A stretch of 15,192 nucleotides of DNA from Candidatus Methylomirabilia bacterium. GTDB lineage: Bacteria; Methylomirabilota; Methylomirabilia; Rokubacteriales; CSP1-6. The stretch lies in assembly GCA_041496385.1 (NCBI GenBank), contig JBGQEL010000101.1, positions 1-15,192 of the forward strand, read 5' to 3'. The position numbers and the translations under genes are program-made. Shown here one piece after another: positions 6,184-14,183 of this stretch (positions within the stretch are counted from its first letter, which is position 1; each line of letters starts with the position of its first letter). The notes under the pieces were generated by a model. That model was not told where the DNA came from and made no database searches. It saw only the letters and a program-made list of their open reading frames with translations.

Positions 6184-7427
6184 TGCGTCGCCGCGTCGTC
6201 CTGACCGGGCGCGGGGTGGTCTCACCGCTGGGCGTGGGGATCGGCGAGCACTGGAACGCGGTCCGTGCGGGCCGGTCGGCCATCGGCCCCGTCGATCGTC
6301 TCGTGGCGCTCGGGCTGCCCGCGACCATGGGCGCCGAGATCCCGGCCTCGCTCCTGCAGCCGCATCTGGGACGGCTGCCGAAGAAGCAGCAGAAGCTCTA
6401 CAACCGCGCGACCCTCCTGGCCATGCTCGGCGCGTCGCTGGCGATGGACGACGCGGGGCTGACGGCGGGCGCCGGCGATCCCGCGCGGTTCGGCGTCCTC
6501 CTCGGCGTCAACGCGCTCGCCTGGGACCTCGGCGCGATGACCGACTATCTGGTCGCCTCGGAGTCGCCGCGGGCGCCGGGGACGCTGGAGATGGCGCTGG
6601 CCAACCGGTTCTGCATGCACAACATCAATCCGCTCGATTTCTCGCTCAAGACGCTGCCGAACCTCGCCGCGGGACACGTGGCCATCGCGCACGACGCGCA
6701 GGGGTTCTGCCGCGCGCTGACGGAGGGCGGTGTGGGCGGCGCGCGCGGGGTGGGGGAGGCCTACCGGCTCGTGGGCGAGGGGGAGCTCGACGCGGCGCTC
6801 TGCGGCGGCGCCGACGCGCAGCTGGAGGAGCTCCTGTTCGCGCACTACTGGGCCACGGGGGTGGTCGCGTCGGACGACGGGAGCCGTCCGGGCTACGTGC
6901 CCGGCGAGGGCAGCGGGCTGCTCGTGCTCGAGGAGGCCGAGCGTGCGCGCGCCCGCGGCGCGACGACCCACGGCGAGCTCGTCGGGTTCGCGTCCTGCGC
7001 CGGCGAGGGCCGATGGGCGCGTGACGAGGACGCCGACCGCCTGGGGAGCCGCCTCGCCAGGGTGCTCGAGGAGGCGGCGGCCGAGGCTGGCGGCGTGCCC
7101 GACCTGGTGAGCTTGCAGGGCGACGGGATCACGGCGCACGAGCGCGCGGAGGAGATCGCGTTGGCGCGCGCGTTCGGCGCGCGCGCGGCGCCGATGCCGA
7201 GACTCAGCATGAAGCGTCTGCACGCGGATCTCGGCGCGGCAGCCAGCCCGGTGGAGCTTCTCGCTTGTTCGGCCGCCCTCGCGCACGCTACACTGCCCGC
7301 GGTCGTGCTGGCGGGCCCGTCCGTGACCGCAGCTTCGTTCCGAGACGCGCTGGTGATCTCGCTCGGGCTCTTCGGCGAGTGCGCGGTGCTGGTGCTACGA
7401 AAGACCGGAGGTGGCGGTGCGGATTGA
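6183..7427 (+). CDS. Beta-ketoacyl synthase homologue without catalytic triad (chain-length-factor/KS-beta-like)
   Basis: ATG 6183 (TGATG coupling), 414 aa. KS hallmarks RRVVLTGRGVVSPLG, LPNLAAGHVAI, GYVPGEGSG. Aligned to the local FabF: QTACTSS->TEGGVGG (Cys->Gly), VNAHGT->VSLQGD (His->Gln), KSMVGHT->KRLHADL (His->Asp). Confidence 0.82.
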   Translation: MRRRVVLTGRGVVSPLGVGIGEHWNAVRAGRSAIGPVDRLVALGLPATMGAEIPASLLQPHLGRLPKKQQKLYNRATLLAMLGASLAMDDAGLTAGAGDPARFGVLLGVNALAWDLGAMTDYLVASESPRAPGTLEMALANRFCMHNINPLDFSLKTLPNLAAGHVAIAHDAQGFCRALTEGGVGGARGVGEAYRLVGEGELDAALCGGADAQLEELLFAHYWATGVVASDDGSRPGYVPGEGSGLLVLEEAERARARGATTHGELVGFASCAGEGRWARDEDADRLGSRLARVLEEAAAEAGGVPDLVSLQGDGITAHERAEEIALARAFGARAAPMPRLSMKRLHADLGAAASPVELLACSAALAHATLPAVVLAGPSVTAASFRDALVISLGLFGECAVLVLRKTGGGGAD

Positions 7428-8163
7428 CCTGACCGGCAGGGTTGCGCTCGTCACCGGGGCGTCGCGCGGCATCGGCCGCGCGATCGCGGAAGGGCTGGCC
7501 CGCGCCGGCGCGACCGTCTGCGTCAACTATCGACAGCAGCACGAGCGCGCCAAGGACACGATCCGGGCGATCGAGGGGGAGGGCGGGCACGCCTTCGTGC
7601 ACCAGGCGGACGTCGGCGACCGCGCCCAGGCGACGGCGCTCATCGAGGCCGTCGTCGAGCGTGCCGGCGGCCTGGACATTCTGGTGAACAACGCGGGAAT
7701 CGTCCGTGAGGGGCTGCTGCTCGAGATGTCGGACGACGAGTGGTCGTCGGTGCTGCGGACGAACCTCGACGGCGTCTACAACTGCACGCGGCTCGGAGCG
7801 CGGCAGATGCTGAATCGCGGGTGGGGTCGTATCGTCAACGTCAGCTCCATCCTCGGCGCCCGGGCCGGGCGCGGCCAGGTCAACTACGCGGCGTCGAAGG
7901 GTGGCGTCAACGCCTTCACGCGCGCGCTCGCGACGGAGCTGGCCGGGCGGGGTGTGACGGTCAACGCGATCGCGCCGGGACTGATCGAAACGGACATGAG
8001 CCGGCCGTTCCTCGGGATGACGGCGCAGAAGCTCCGCGACTGGATTCCGATGCGGCGGGTCGGCCGGCCGCAGGAGGTCGCGACGCTGGCGGTCTTCCTC
8101 GCGTCGGAGGAGGCGAGCTACATCACGGGCCAGGTCATCGCGGTGGACGGGGGCATCGGCTAA
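7417..8163 (+). CDS. fabG: 3-oxoacyl-ACP reductase (SDR)
   Basis: TGASRGIG, LVNNAGI, NVSS, GQVNYAASKGG, VNAIAPGLIETDM, SYITGQVIAVDGG. GTG 7417 is preferred to 7411 because GGAGG lies at 7407-7411. Confidence 0.88.
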   Translation: MRIDLTGRVALVTGASRGIGRAIAEGLARAGATVCVNYRQQHERAKDTIRAIEGEGGHAFVHQADVGDRAQATALIEAVVERAGGLDILVNNAGIVREGLLLEMSDDEWSSVLRTNLDGVYNCTRLGARQMLNRGWGRIVNVSSILGARAGRGQVNYAASKGGVNAFTRALATELAGRGVTVNAIAPGLIETDMSRPFLGMTAQKLRDWIPMRRVGRPQEVATLAVFLASEEASYITGQVIAVDGGIG

Positions 8164-8179
8164 GGAGGCCGCTTCTCGC

Positions 8180-8788
8180 ATGGAGCCGGATACCAGCAAG
8201 ATCTGGACACGCTCGGAGGTGCGCGTCAGCGTCGGGAAGATCATCGTCGAATCGCTCGGCGTGGACGAGGCGACGGTGACCGATGAGGCTGCGCTCATTC
8301 GCGATCTGGGCGCGGAGTCCATCGACTTCCTCGACATGAGCTTCAAGTGCCAGCAGACCTTCGGCGTGGATCTGCCCGTGCGGCTGATCCAGGACCGGCG
8401 GATCGAGTGGCGCGATCTCGGCGTCCTTGCCCGGGTGCTCGAGAGCCGCTACGGCACCGCGGTGCCGTCGGAGGAGCTGAGGACGGTCGCGCCGGCTACC
8501 GTCGCGGCCGTGCTCGAGCACCTGGCGTCGAAACACGGCGTCCGGCGCTCGCCGGGCGACGAGCACGAGGTGGTGCGGGCCCTGGCCGAGCGGATGCTGG
8601 CCGATCTCGCCGGCACGCCGCTCGATCTGTCGGGCCTGACCGCGGACCGGTTCGCCGGGCCTCTCGCCGAGAACCTGCACGCGCCGGCGGCGATCGAGGC
8701 CGTGATGAGCCGCTTCACGGTCCGGGCGGTGACGGACTACATCGTGCGCCAGCTGGTCGCGACCTCGCGCCTGGCGCCGGGCGCCTGA
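8180..8788 (+). CDS. Unusually long acyl carrier protein (202 aa) with a large internal insertion
   Basis: AAGGAGG SD at 8162-8168. ACP helix I (VGKIIVESLGVD), phosphopantetheine site DLGAESIDFLD (Ser47, codon 8318-8320), FGVDLP, then about 110 extra residues, then the terminal ACP helix FTVRAVTDYI. Confidence 0.85.
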   Translation: MEPDTSKIWTRSEVRVSVGKIIVESLGVDEATVTDEAALIRDLGAESIDFLDMSFKCQQTFGVDLPVRLIQDRRIEWRDLGVLARVLESRYGTAVPSEELRTVAPATVAAVLEHLASKHGVRRSPGDEHEVVRALAERMLADLAGTPLDLSGLTADRFAGPLAENLHAPAAIEAVMSRFTVRAVTDYIVRQLVATSRLAPGA

Positions 8789-8792
8789 CGCC

Positions 8793-8819
8793 GCGCCGGC
8801 TGCGGAGCCCCGCCGGCGC
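8793..8819 (+). other. GC-rich intergenic stem-loop downstream of the ACP gene (no U-tract)
   Basis: GCGCCGGC (8793-8800) pairs with GCCGGCGC (8812-8819) around an 11-nt loop, in the largest intergenic gap of the FAS block. Confidence 0.35.
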
Positions 8820-8831
8820 CTCCCCGCGCGT

Positions 8832-9314
8832 ATGCGGTTCATCTTCGTCGATCGCCTCATCGCCATCGAGGCCGGCCGCGCCATCGAGACGCTGCGAAAC
8901 GTGAGCGCCACCGAAGACGTCTTCAGGGACCATTTCCCCGGGTACCCCATCCTGCCGGGCGCACTGCTCGTCGAGGCGTTCGCGCAGGCCGCGCAGCTCC
9001 TCATCGGCGTGAGCTCGGACTTCACCCGGGTCGGCCGTCTGACCCGGCTCGCGCGCGCCTCGTTCAGGCACTTCGTTCGCCCGGGCGATCAGGTCAGGAT
9101 CCGCTGCGAGCGTCGGTCCGAGGGGGCCGCCTGGGCGCTCGCCGCGACGGCCGACGTCGGCGAGCGTCGCGTGGCGACCGCGACGCTCGAATACCTGCTC
9201 GAGGAGGCGCACCCGGGGACGTCCGCGGGCGCCGAGGCCGCGCGGCTGCGCGCGCTCGCGGCGGAGCTTCGCCGCTCACCGCTCGATCTCGTGCCGCCGG
9301 GAGGTGTCGGGTGA
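8832..9314 (+). CDS. fabZ: 3-hydroxyacyl-ACP dehydratase, FabZ family
   Basis: 160 aa: MRFIFVDRL...NVSATEDVFRDHFPGYPILPGALLVEAFAQ...FRHFVRPGD, with catalytic His and Glu intact. Confidence 0.88.
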   Translation: MRFIFVDRLIAIEAGRAIETLRNVSATEDVFRDHFPGYPILPGALLVEAFAQAAQLLIGVSSDFTRVGRLTRLARASFRHFVRPGDQVRIRCERRSEGAAWALAATADVGERRVATATLEYLLEEAHPGTSAGAEAARLRALAAELRRSPLDLVPPGGVG

Positions 9315-10066
9315 ACGGCGCGGCGGAGCCGCGCGTGGTCCTGGTCACCGGGGGCGGGCGGGGAATCGGGCGCGCGATCGCGCTCCGCTTCGCCGACGAC
9401 GGCGCGCGCGTCTTCGTGAACTTCTTCATCAACCGCGAGGCGGCGGAGAAGACCGCGCGCGACGTGGAGCTCCGCGGTGGCTCCGCGCATCTCGTCCAGG
9501 CCGATCTCAAGGAGCCCGCCGCGATCCACGGCATGCTCGCCGAGATCGAGCGCCGGGCCGGTCGCCTCGACGTCCTGGTGAGCAACGCGGCGTCGGGCGT
9601 GCTCCGGCAGGGCCTGGAGCTCTCGGCCAAGCAGTGGGACTGGGTGCTCGCGACGAACGCCCGCCCGCTCCTGCTCTGCGCGCAGGCGGCGGCGCGGCTG
9701 ATGTCGGCGGGCGGCCGGATCATCGCGCTGTCGAGCCTCGGGAGCGAGCGCGTGATCCCCGGGTACGCCGCGATCGGCGTCTCGAAGGCCGCGCTCGAGG
9801 CGCTCACGCGCTATCTCGCGGTGGAGCTTGGCGCGCGGGGGATCACGGTGAACGCGGTCGCCGCGGGCGCCGTGGACACAGACATCTGGCGCATGCTGCC
9901 GGACGGCGCGGCGGCGCTCGCCGCGATTCGCGCGCGGACGCCGGGCGGCGCCCTCGTCTCGGCCGAGGCCGTGGCCGACGTCGTCTTCTTCCTCGCGAGC
10001 GCCGCCGCCCGGTTCGTCCAGGGACAGGTGCTGACCGTCGATGGTGGCTACTCCCTCCTTGCCTGA
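9311..10066 (+). CDS. fabL: Enoyl-ACP reductase, FabL-type SDR
   Basis: GTG start (GTGA overlap). TGGGRGIG, SNAASGVLR, QWDWVL, SSLGS and YAAIGVSKAALEALTRYLAVEL (Y-x6-K), closely resembling Bacillus FabL signature segments as I recall them. Confidence 0.8.
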   Translation: MNGAAEPRVVLVTGGGRGIGRAIALRFADDGARVFVNFFINREAAEKTARDVELRGGSAHLVQADLKEPAAIHGMLAEIERRAGRLDVLVSNAASGVLRQGLELSAKQWDWVLATNARPLLLCAQAAARLMSAGGRIIALSSLGSERVIPGYAAIGVSKAALEALTRYLAVELGARGITVNAVAAGAVDTDIWRMLPDGAAALAAIRARTPGGALVSAEAVADVVFFLASAAARFVQGQVLTVDGGYSLLA

Positions 10067-11360
10067 GAGCGCGCCGCGGCGGCGCGTCGTCGTGACGGGG
10101 CTCGACCTCGTCACGCCGATCGGCGTCGGTCGCGACGCGTTCTGGAAGGCCGCGCTCGCCGGCACCTCCGGGGTCCGGCGGATCACGCACTTCGATCCCG
10201 AGGGTCTGCCGAGCCAGATGGCCGCCACCCTGGCGGATCCGGCCGCGATCGAGGATCTCCGCGCCGAGGCGGGGTTCGATCCATTCGAGCCCCGCGCGGT
10301 TGTCGTCGCGGCGCGGGCCGCGTCGGGCGCGGTCGCCGCCGCCGGCGTCCGCCGGGCGCTCGGATCACCGCGCGCCGGCGTCTTCGTCGGCACGAGCGGC
10401 GAGCGGCACGACCTCCGGAACCTGGGTGCCGCCGCCTACGCCAGTCGCGCTGACGGCGGGCGGGTGACGCCGGCGGGCTTCGCGCGCGAGTTCGCCAGGC
10501 GGGCGTCGACGGAGCGCTTCGAGCGGATGTGTCCGCAGTACCTCGCGTCCAGGCTCGCGGCCATGTTCGGGATCGAGGGCCCGTCGACGACGATCCAGAC
10601 GGCCTGCACCTCGTCGGCCCAGGCGATCGGCGAGGCCTGCCGGGCGATTCGGCGCGGCACGATCGACGCCGCGCTCGCCGGAGGCGCCGAGTGCATCGTG
10701 TCCCCGATCGAGATCCAGCTCTTCTGCCTGCTGGGCGTCATGTCGCGGCAGAACGCCTCGCCCGAAACGGCGAGCCGCCCGTTCGACGCCCGGCGCGACG
10801 GATTCGTGATGGGTGAGGGCGCGGGGTTCCTGGTCCTCGAGGACGCCGGGCATGCCCGGGCCCGCGGCGCGGAGGTGCTCGCCGAGGTCGCCGGCTACGG
10901 CACCGCGTGCGACGCCTACCGGATCACCGACGAGGCCCCGGACGGGCGGGGCGCGATCCGCGCGATGCAGCGCGCCCTGGCCGACGCGAGCCTCGGGCCG
11001 GACGACGTGGACTACGTCAACGCCCACGGGACCTCGACGCCGATGAACGACCGCGTGGAGACCTCGGCGATCAAGGCCGTCTTCGGCGGCCGCGCGCCGC
11101 GCCTGCTCGTCAGCTCCACGAAGTCGATGGTCGGGCACACCATCTCGGCGGCGGGCGCGATCGAGCTCGCGACGACCGTGCTCGCGCTGCGCGACCAGAT
11201 CGCGCCGCCGACGATCAACTACCGGGTGGCCGATCCGGAATGCGACCTGAACTACGTGCCCAACGCCCCGGCGGCGGCCCGGATCCGGGCTGCCATCTCG
11301 AACTCGTTCGGGTTCGGCGGCCACAACGACTGCCTGCTCGTGCGCGAGGCGGCCCGGTGA
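10041..11360 (+). CDS. fabF: Beta-ketoacyl-ACP synthase II (active KS)
   Basis: 439 aa with intact triad QTACTSS (Cys codon 10605-10607), VNAHGTST and KSMVGHT; also SRPFDARRDGFVMGEGAG and SNSFGFGGHN. Start overlaps the previous gene by 26 bp; the exact start is uncertain. Confidence 0.9.
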   Translation: MVATPSLPESAPRRRVVVTGLDLVTPIGVGRDAFWKAALAGTSGVRRITHFDPEGLPSQMAATLADPAAIEDLRAEAGFDPFEPRAVVVAARAASGAVAAAGVRRALGSPRAGVFVGTSGERHDLRNLGAAAYASRADGGRVTPAGFAREFARRASTERFERMCPQYLASRLAAMFGIEGPSTTIQTACTSSAQAIGEACRAIRRGTIDAALAGGAECIVSPIEIQLFCLLGVMSRQNASPETASRPFDARRDGFVMGEGAGFLVLEDAGHARARGAEVLAEVAGYGTACDAYRITDEAPDGRGAIRAMQRALADASLGPDDVDYVNAHGTSTPMNDRVETSAIKAVFGGRAPRLLVSSTKSMVGHTISAAGAIELATTVLALRDQIAPPTINYRVADPECDLNYVPNAPAAARIRAAISNSFGFGGHNDCLLVREAAR

Positions 11361-12292
11361 GCGGCGAGACGCGGCCCGCGCTCTCGGTGGTGATCCCGGT
11401 GTTCGACGAGGCGCCGAGCCTCGGCGATCTCCACGACCGGCTCGCGCGGACGCTCAAGGAAACGGGGCAGGCGTACGAGATCATCTTCGTGGACGACGGG
11501 AGCCGGGACGGTTCGTCGGAAATCCTCCGCGCGCTCCACGCGCAGGATCGCGCCGTCCGCGTCGTACGGTTCAACCGGAACTACGGCCAGCATGCCGCGG
11601 TGTTAGCCGGGATGGAGCGCGCGCGCGGCGACGTCGTCGTCACGCTCGACGCCGACCTCCAGAATCCGCCGGAAGACATTCCCAAGCTGCTCGCCCGGCT
11701 CGAGGACGGCGTGGACGTCGTCGGCGGCTGGCGCGCGCGGCGTCACGACCCCTGGCTCCGGCGGGCCGCGTCGTGGATGGTGAACCGCGCGACCTCGGCG
11801 ATCGTCGGCGTGCGGATGCGGGACTACGGCTGCATGCTACGCGCCTACCGTCGGGCGGTCGTGGAGCGGATCGTGGCCTGCCAGGAGGCGTCGCAGTTCA
11901 TCCCGGCGCTTGCCAACACGTTCGCCGCGTCCGTCGCCGAGGTTCCCATCGATCATGGACCGCGCGAACACGGCCGCTCGCGCTACGGTCTGTTCCGTCT
12001 GCTCCGCCTCAACTTCGATCTCCTGACGGGCTTCTCCCTGCTGCCGATCCAGATCGTGAGCTTGCTCGGGATCGGGGTCGCCGTGCTCGGCCTGGGGTTC
12101 GCCATATTCCTTGGGCTCCGGCGGCTGCTGCTCGGGCCGGAGGTCGAGGGAGTCTTCACGCTCTTCGCCATCCTTTTCTTCTTCGTCGGTCTTCAGATCC
12201 TGGCGCTCGGGCTGATCGGCGAGTACGTCGGGCGGATCTACCAGGAGGTCCGGCGCCGGCCGCGGTACGTCATCAGCGAGGTGCTGGAGTGA
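11357..12292 (+). CDS. arnC: Undecaprenyl-phosphate 4-deoxy-4-formamido-L-arabinose transferase-like GT2 glycosyltransferase
   Basis: GTG 11357 (GTGA overlap), 311 aa. LSVVIPV, FVDDGSRDGS, NRNYGQHAA, TLDADLQNPPE, DYGCMLRAYRR, FIPALANTFA, two C-terminal TM segments and IGEYVGRIY. Confidence 0.85.
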   Translation: MSGETRPALSVVIPVFDEAPSLGDLHDRLARTLKETGQAYEIIFVDDGSRDGSSEILRALHAQDRAVRVVRFNRNYGQHAAVLAGMERARGDVVVTLDADLQNPPEDIPKLLARLEDGVDVVGGWRARRHDPWLRRAASWMVNRATSAIVGVRMRDYGCMLRAYRRAVVERIVACQEASQFIPALANTFAASVAEVPIDHGPREHGRSRYGLFRLLRLNFDLLTGFSLLPIQIVSLLGIGVAVLGLGFAIFLGLRRLLLGPEVEGVFTLFAILFFFVGLQILALGLIGEYVGRIYQEVRRRPRYVISEVLE

Positions 12293-13233
12293 GCGCGCGC
12301 TGGGCGGTCTTCGCGTATCACACGTTCGGCGCGCGCGCGCTCGAGGCGCTGCTGGGGCGCGGCGAGCGTGTCGTCGCCGTGGTCACGCACGCCGACGACC
12401 CGTCGGAGGGGAGCTGGTTCGAGTCGGTCCGCGACACCGCGCGCACGCACGGCCTGCCGGTGCTGGCGCCGGCCACGCCGAACCTTCCGGAGGTCGTCGA
12501 GACCCTCCGGGGGCTCGCCCCGGATATGCTCCTGTCGGTCTGGTACCGACGGCTTCTCGGTCCGCCGCTGCTGGCGCTGCCGGGCATCGCCGCGCTGAAC
12601 CTGCACGGCTCGCTGCTGCCGAAGTACCGCGGCCGGGCGCCCGTCAACTGGGTTCTGGTAAACGGCGAGGCGCGGACGGGTGTGACGCTGCACCACATGA
12701 CGGTCGAGGCCGACGCGGGCGATATCGTCGCCCAGGAGGGGATCGACATCGAGCCCGAGGACACGGCGGCCACGCTCTACCGTCGCCTCGTCAAGGCCGG
12801 GGTCGACCTGCTGCTCGACGCGTACCCGGCGGTCCTCGCCGGCACCGCCGAGCGCCGACGGCAGGACCACGCGCAGGCCACGATCTTCCCGCGGCGCCGC
12901 CCCGAGGACGGGCGCGTGCGCTGGAGCTGGCCGGTGGCGCGGATCGTCAACATGATCCGCGCGGTGACGCATCCGTATCCCGGCGCGTTCGTCGGCGACG
13001 GCGCGGACCGGCTGCACCTGTGGGCCGGGTCGGCGCTCGCCGAACGTGCCGGCGGCGCCGCGCACGGCACGCTGCTGGAGATCCGCGCGGGCGACGGCGT
13101 CGTGGTCTCGACCGGCGCGGGCGCCCTTCTCCTGCGGCGCGTCCAGAGCGCCGGCGACGCCGAAGAGTCCGCCGACGCCTGGGCGCTCCGCCGCGGCCTG
13201 CGCCCGGGCCTGCGGCTGACGGAGGCCGCGTGA
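12289..13233 (+). CDS. arnA: UDP-4-amino-4-deoxy-L-arabinose formyltransferase-like (stand-alone ArnA N-terminal domain)
   Basis: GTG 12289 (GTGA overlap), 314 aa. VFAYH, VVTHADD, NLHGSLLPKYRGRAPVNWVLVNGE, DAGDIVAQ, RRRPEDG, IRAVTHPYPGAF. Confidence 0.82.
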   Translation: MSARWAVFAYHTFGARALEALLGRGERVVAVVTHADDPSEGSWFESVRDTARTHGLPVLAPATPNLPEVVETLRGLAPDMLLSVWYRRLLGPPLLALPGIAALNLHGSLLPKYRGRAPVNWVLVNGEARTGVTLHHMTVEADAGDIVAQEGIDIEPEDTAATLYRRLVKAGVDLLLDAYPAVLAGTAERRRQDHAQATIFPRRRPEDGRVRWSWPVARIVNMIRAVTHPYPGAFVGDGADRLHLWAGSALAERAGGAAHGTLLEIRAGDGVVVSTGAGALLLRRVQSAGDAEESADAWALRRGLRPGLRLTEAA

Positions 13234-14183
13234 GGGTCCTGATCACCGGGGGGGCGGGGTTTCTCGGCTCACATCTTGCCGAGGCGTGGCTCGACCGCGG
13301 CGACGAGGTGACCGCGCTCGACCCGGCGGCGGATCTGAAGGTGCGCCACCTCCGCGCCAACCCCCGCTTCCGGCTGATCCGGGAGTCGGTCCTCAAGCGG
13401 GACATCCTCGAGGGGCTCGTCGCGTGGGCCGATCTCGTGTACCACCTGGCGGCCGTCGTGGGGGTCGAGCACTACGTCGGCGACCCCTACCAGGTGCTGA
13501 CCGTCAACATCAACGGGACCCAGGAGGTCCTGACCGCGGCGTTCCGTCACCAGAAGAAGGTCGTGTTCAGCTCGACCTCGGAGATCTACGGGCGCAGCAC
13601 CACGGTCCCGTTCGACGAGGACGGCGACCGCGTCCTCGGCTCGACGCGGATCGACCGCTGGTGCTACGCGACGTCGAAGGCGGCCGGCGAGCACCTCTGC
13701 TTCGCCTTCGCGCGCATGGGCCTGCCGGTCGTGGTGCTGCGCTACTTCAACGTCTACGGGCCCCGCCTCGACCAGATGGACCGCGGCCGCGTCGTCACGA
13801 TCTTCATGGGCCAGCTCCTGCGCGGCGAGCCGCTCACCGTGATCGGCGACGGCGCACAGACGCGGACGTTCACCTACGTGGACGACGCTGTGCGCGCGAC
13901 GGTCGCGGCCGGCGTGGCGCCCGGCGCCGAGGGCCAGGCGATCAACGTGGGCTCGGAGGAGGAGGTCGAGATCCGCGACCTGGCCGCGCGGATGATCCGC
14001 ATCGGCGGCTCGTCCTCCCGGCTCCTGTTCGTCCCCAAGGAGGCGGTCTACGACCACGGTTACGAGGACATCCCGCGGCGCGTGCCGGCGGTGCGCCGCA
14101 TGCACGAGCTGCTCTCGGTGCGCGCCGAGGTGACGCTCGACGACGGGCTGCGCCAGACGATCGAATGGTTCAAACGACAGTAG
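13230..14183 (+). CDS. Extended SDR nucleotide-sugar enzyme, probable UDP-glucuronate dehydrogenase/decarboxylase (ArnA C-terminal-like)
   Basis: GTG 13230 with GGAGG SD at 13221-13225, 317 aa. TGGAGFLG, FSSTSEIYG, RWCYATSK, RYFNVYGPRLD, GYEDIPRR. Lies between the formyltransferase and arnD. Confidence 0.72.
   Translation: MRVLITGGAGFLGSHLAEAWLDRGDEVTALDPAADLKVRHLRANPRFRLIRESVLKRDILEGLVAWADLVYHLAAVVGVEHYVGDPYQVLTVNINGTQEVLTAAFRHQKKVVFSSTSEIYGRSTTVPFDEDGDRVLGSTRIDRWCYATSKAAGEHLCFAFARMGLPVVVLRYFNVYGPRLDQMDRGRVVTIFMGQLLRGEPLTVIGDGAQTRTFTYVDDAVRATVAAGVAPGAEGQAINVGSEEEVEIRDLAARMIRIGGSSSRLLFVPKEAVYDHGYEDIPRRVPAVRRMHELLSVRAEVTLDDGLRQTIEWFKRQ

Noticed and set aside
5375..11360. Calling the block an aryl polyene, aromatic type II PKS or ladderane cluster
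   Set aside because: No methyltransferase, cyclase/aromatase or radical-SAM genes are visible, and an enoyl reductase is present; only an architectural analogy is supported.
13221..13233. Frameshifted (pseudogenised) bifunctional arnA
   Set aside because: The second gene has its own GGAGG SD, a GTG start with GTGA coupling and a complete Rossmann N-terminus, consistent with two genuine genes.
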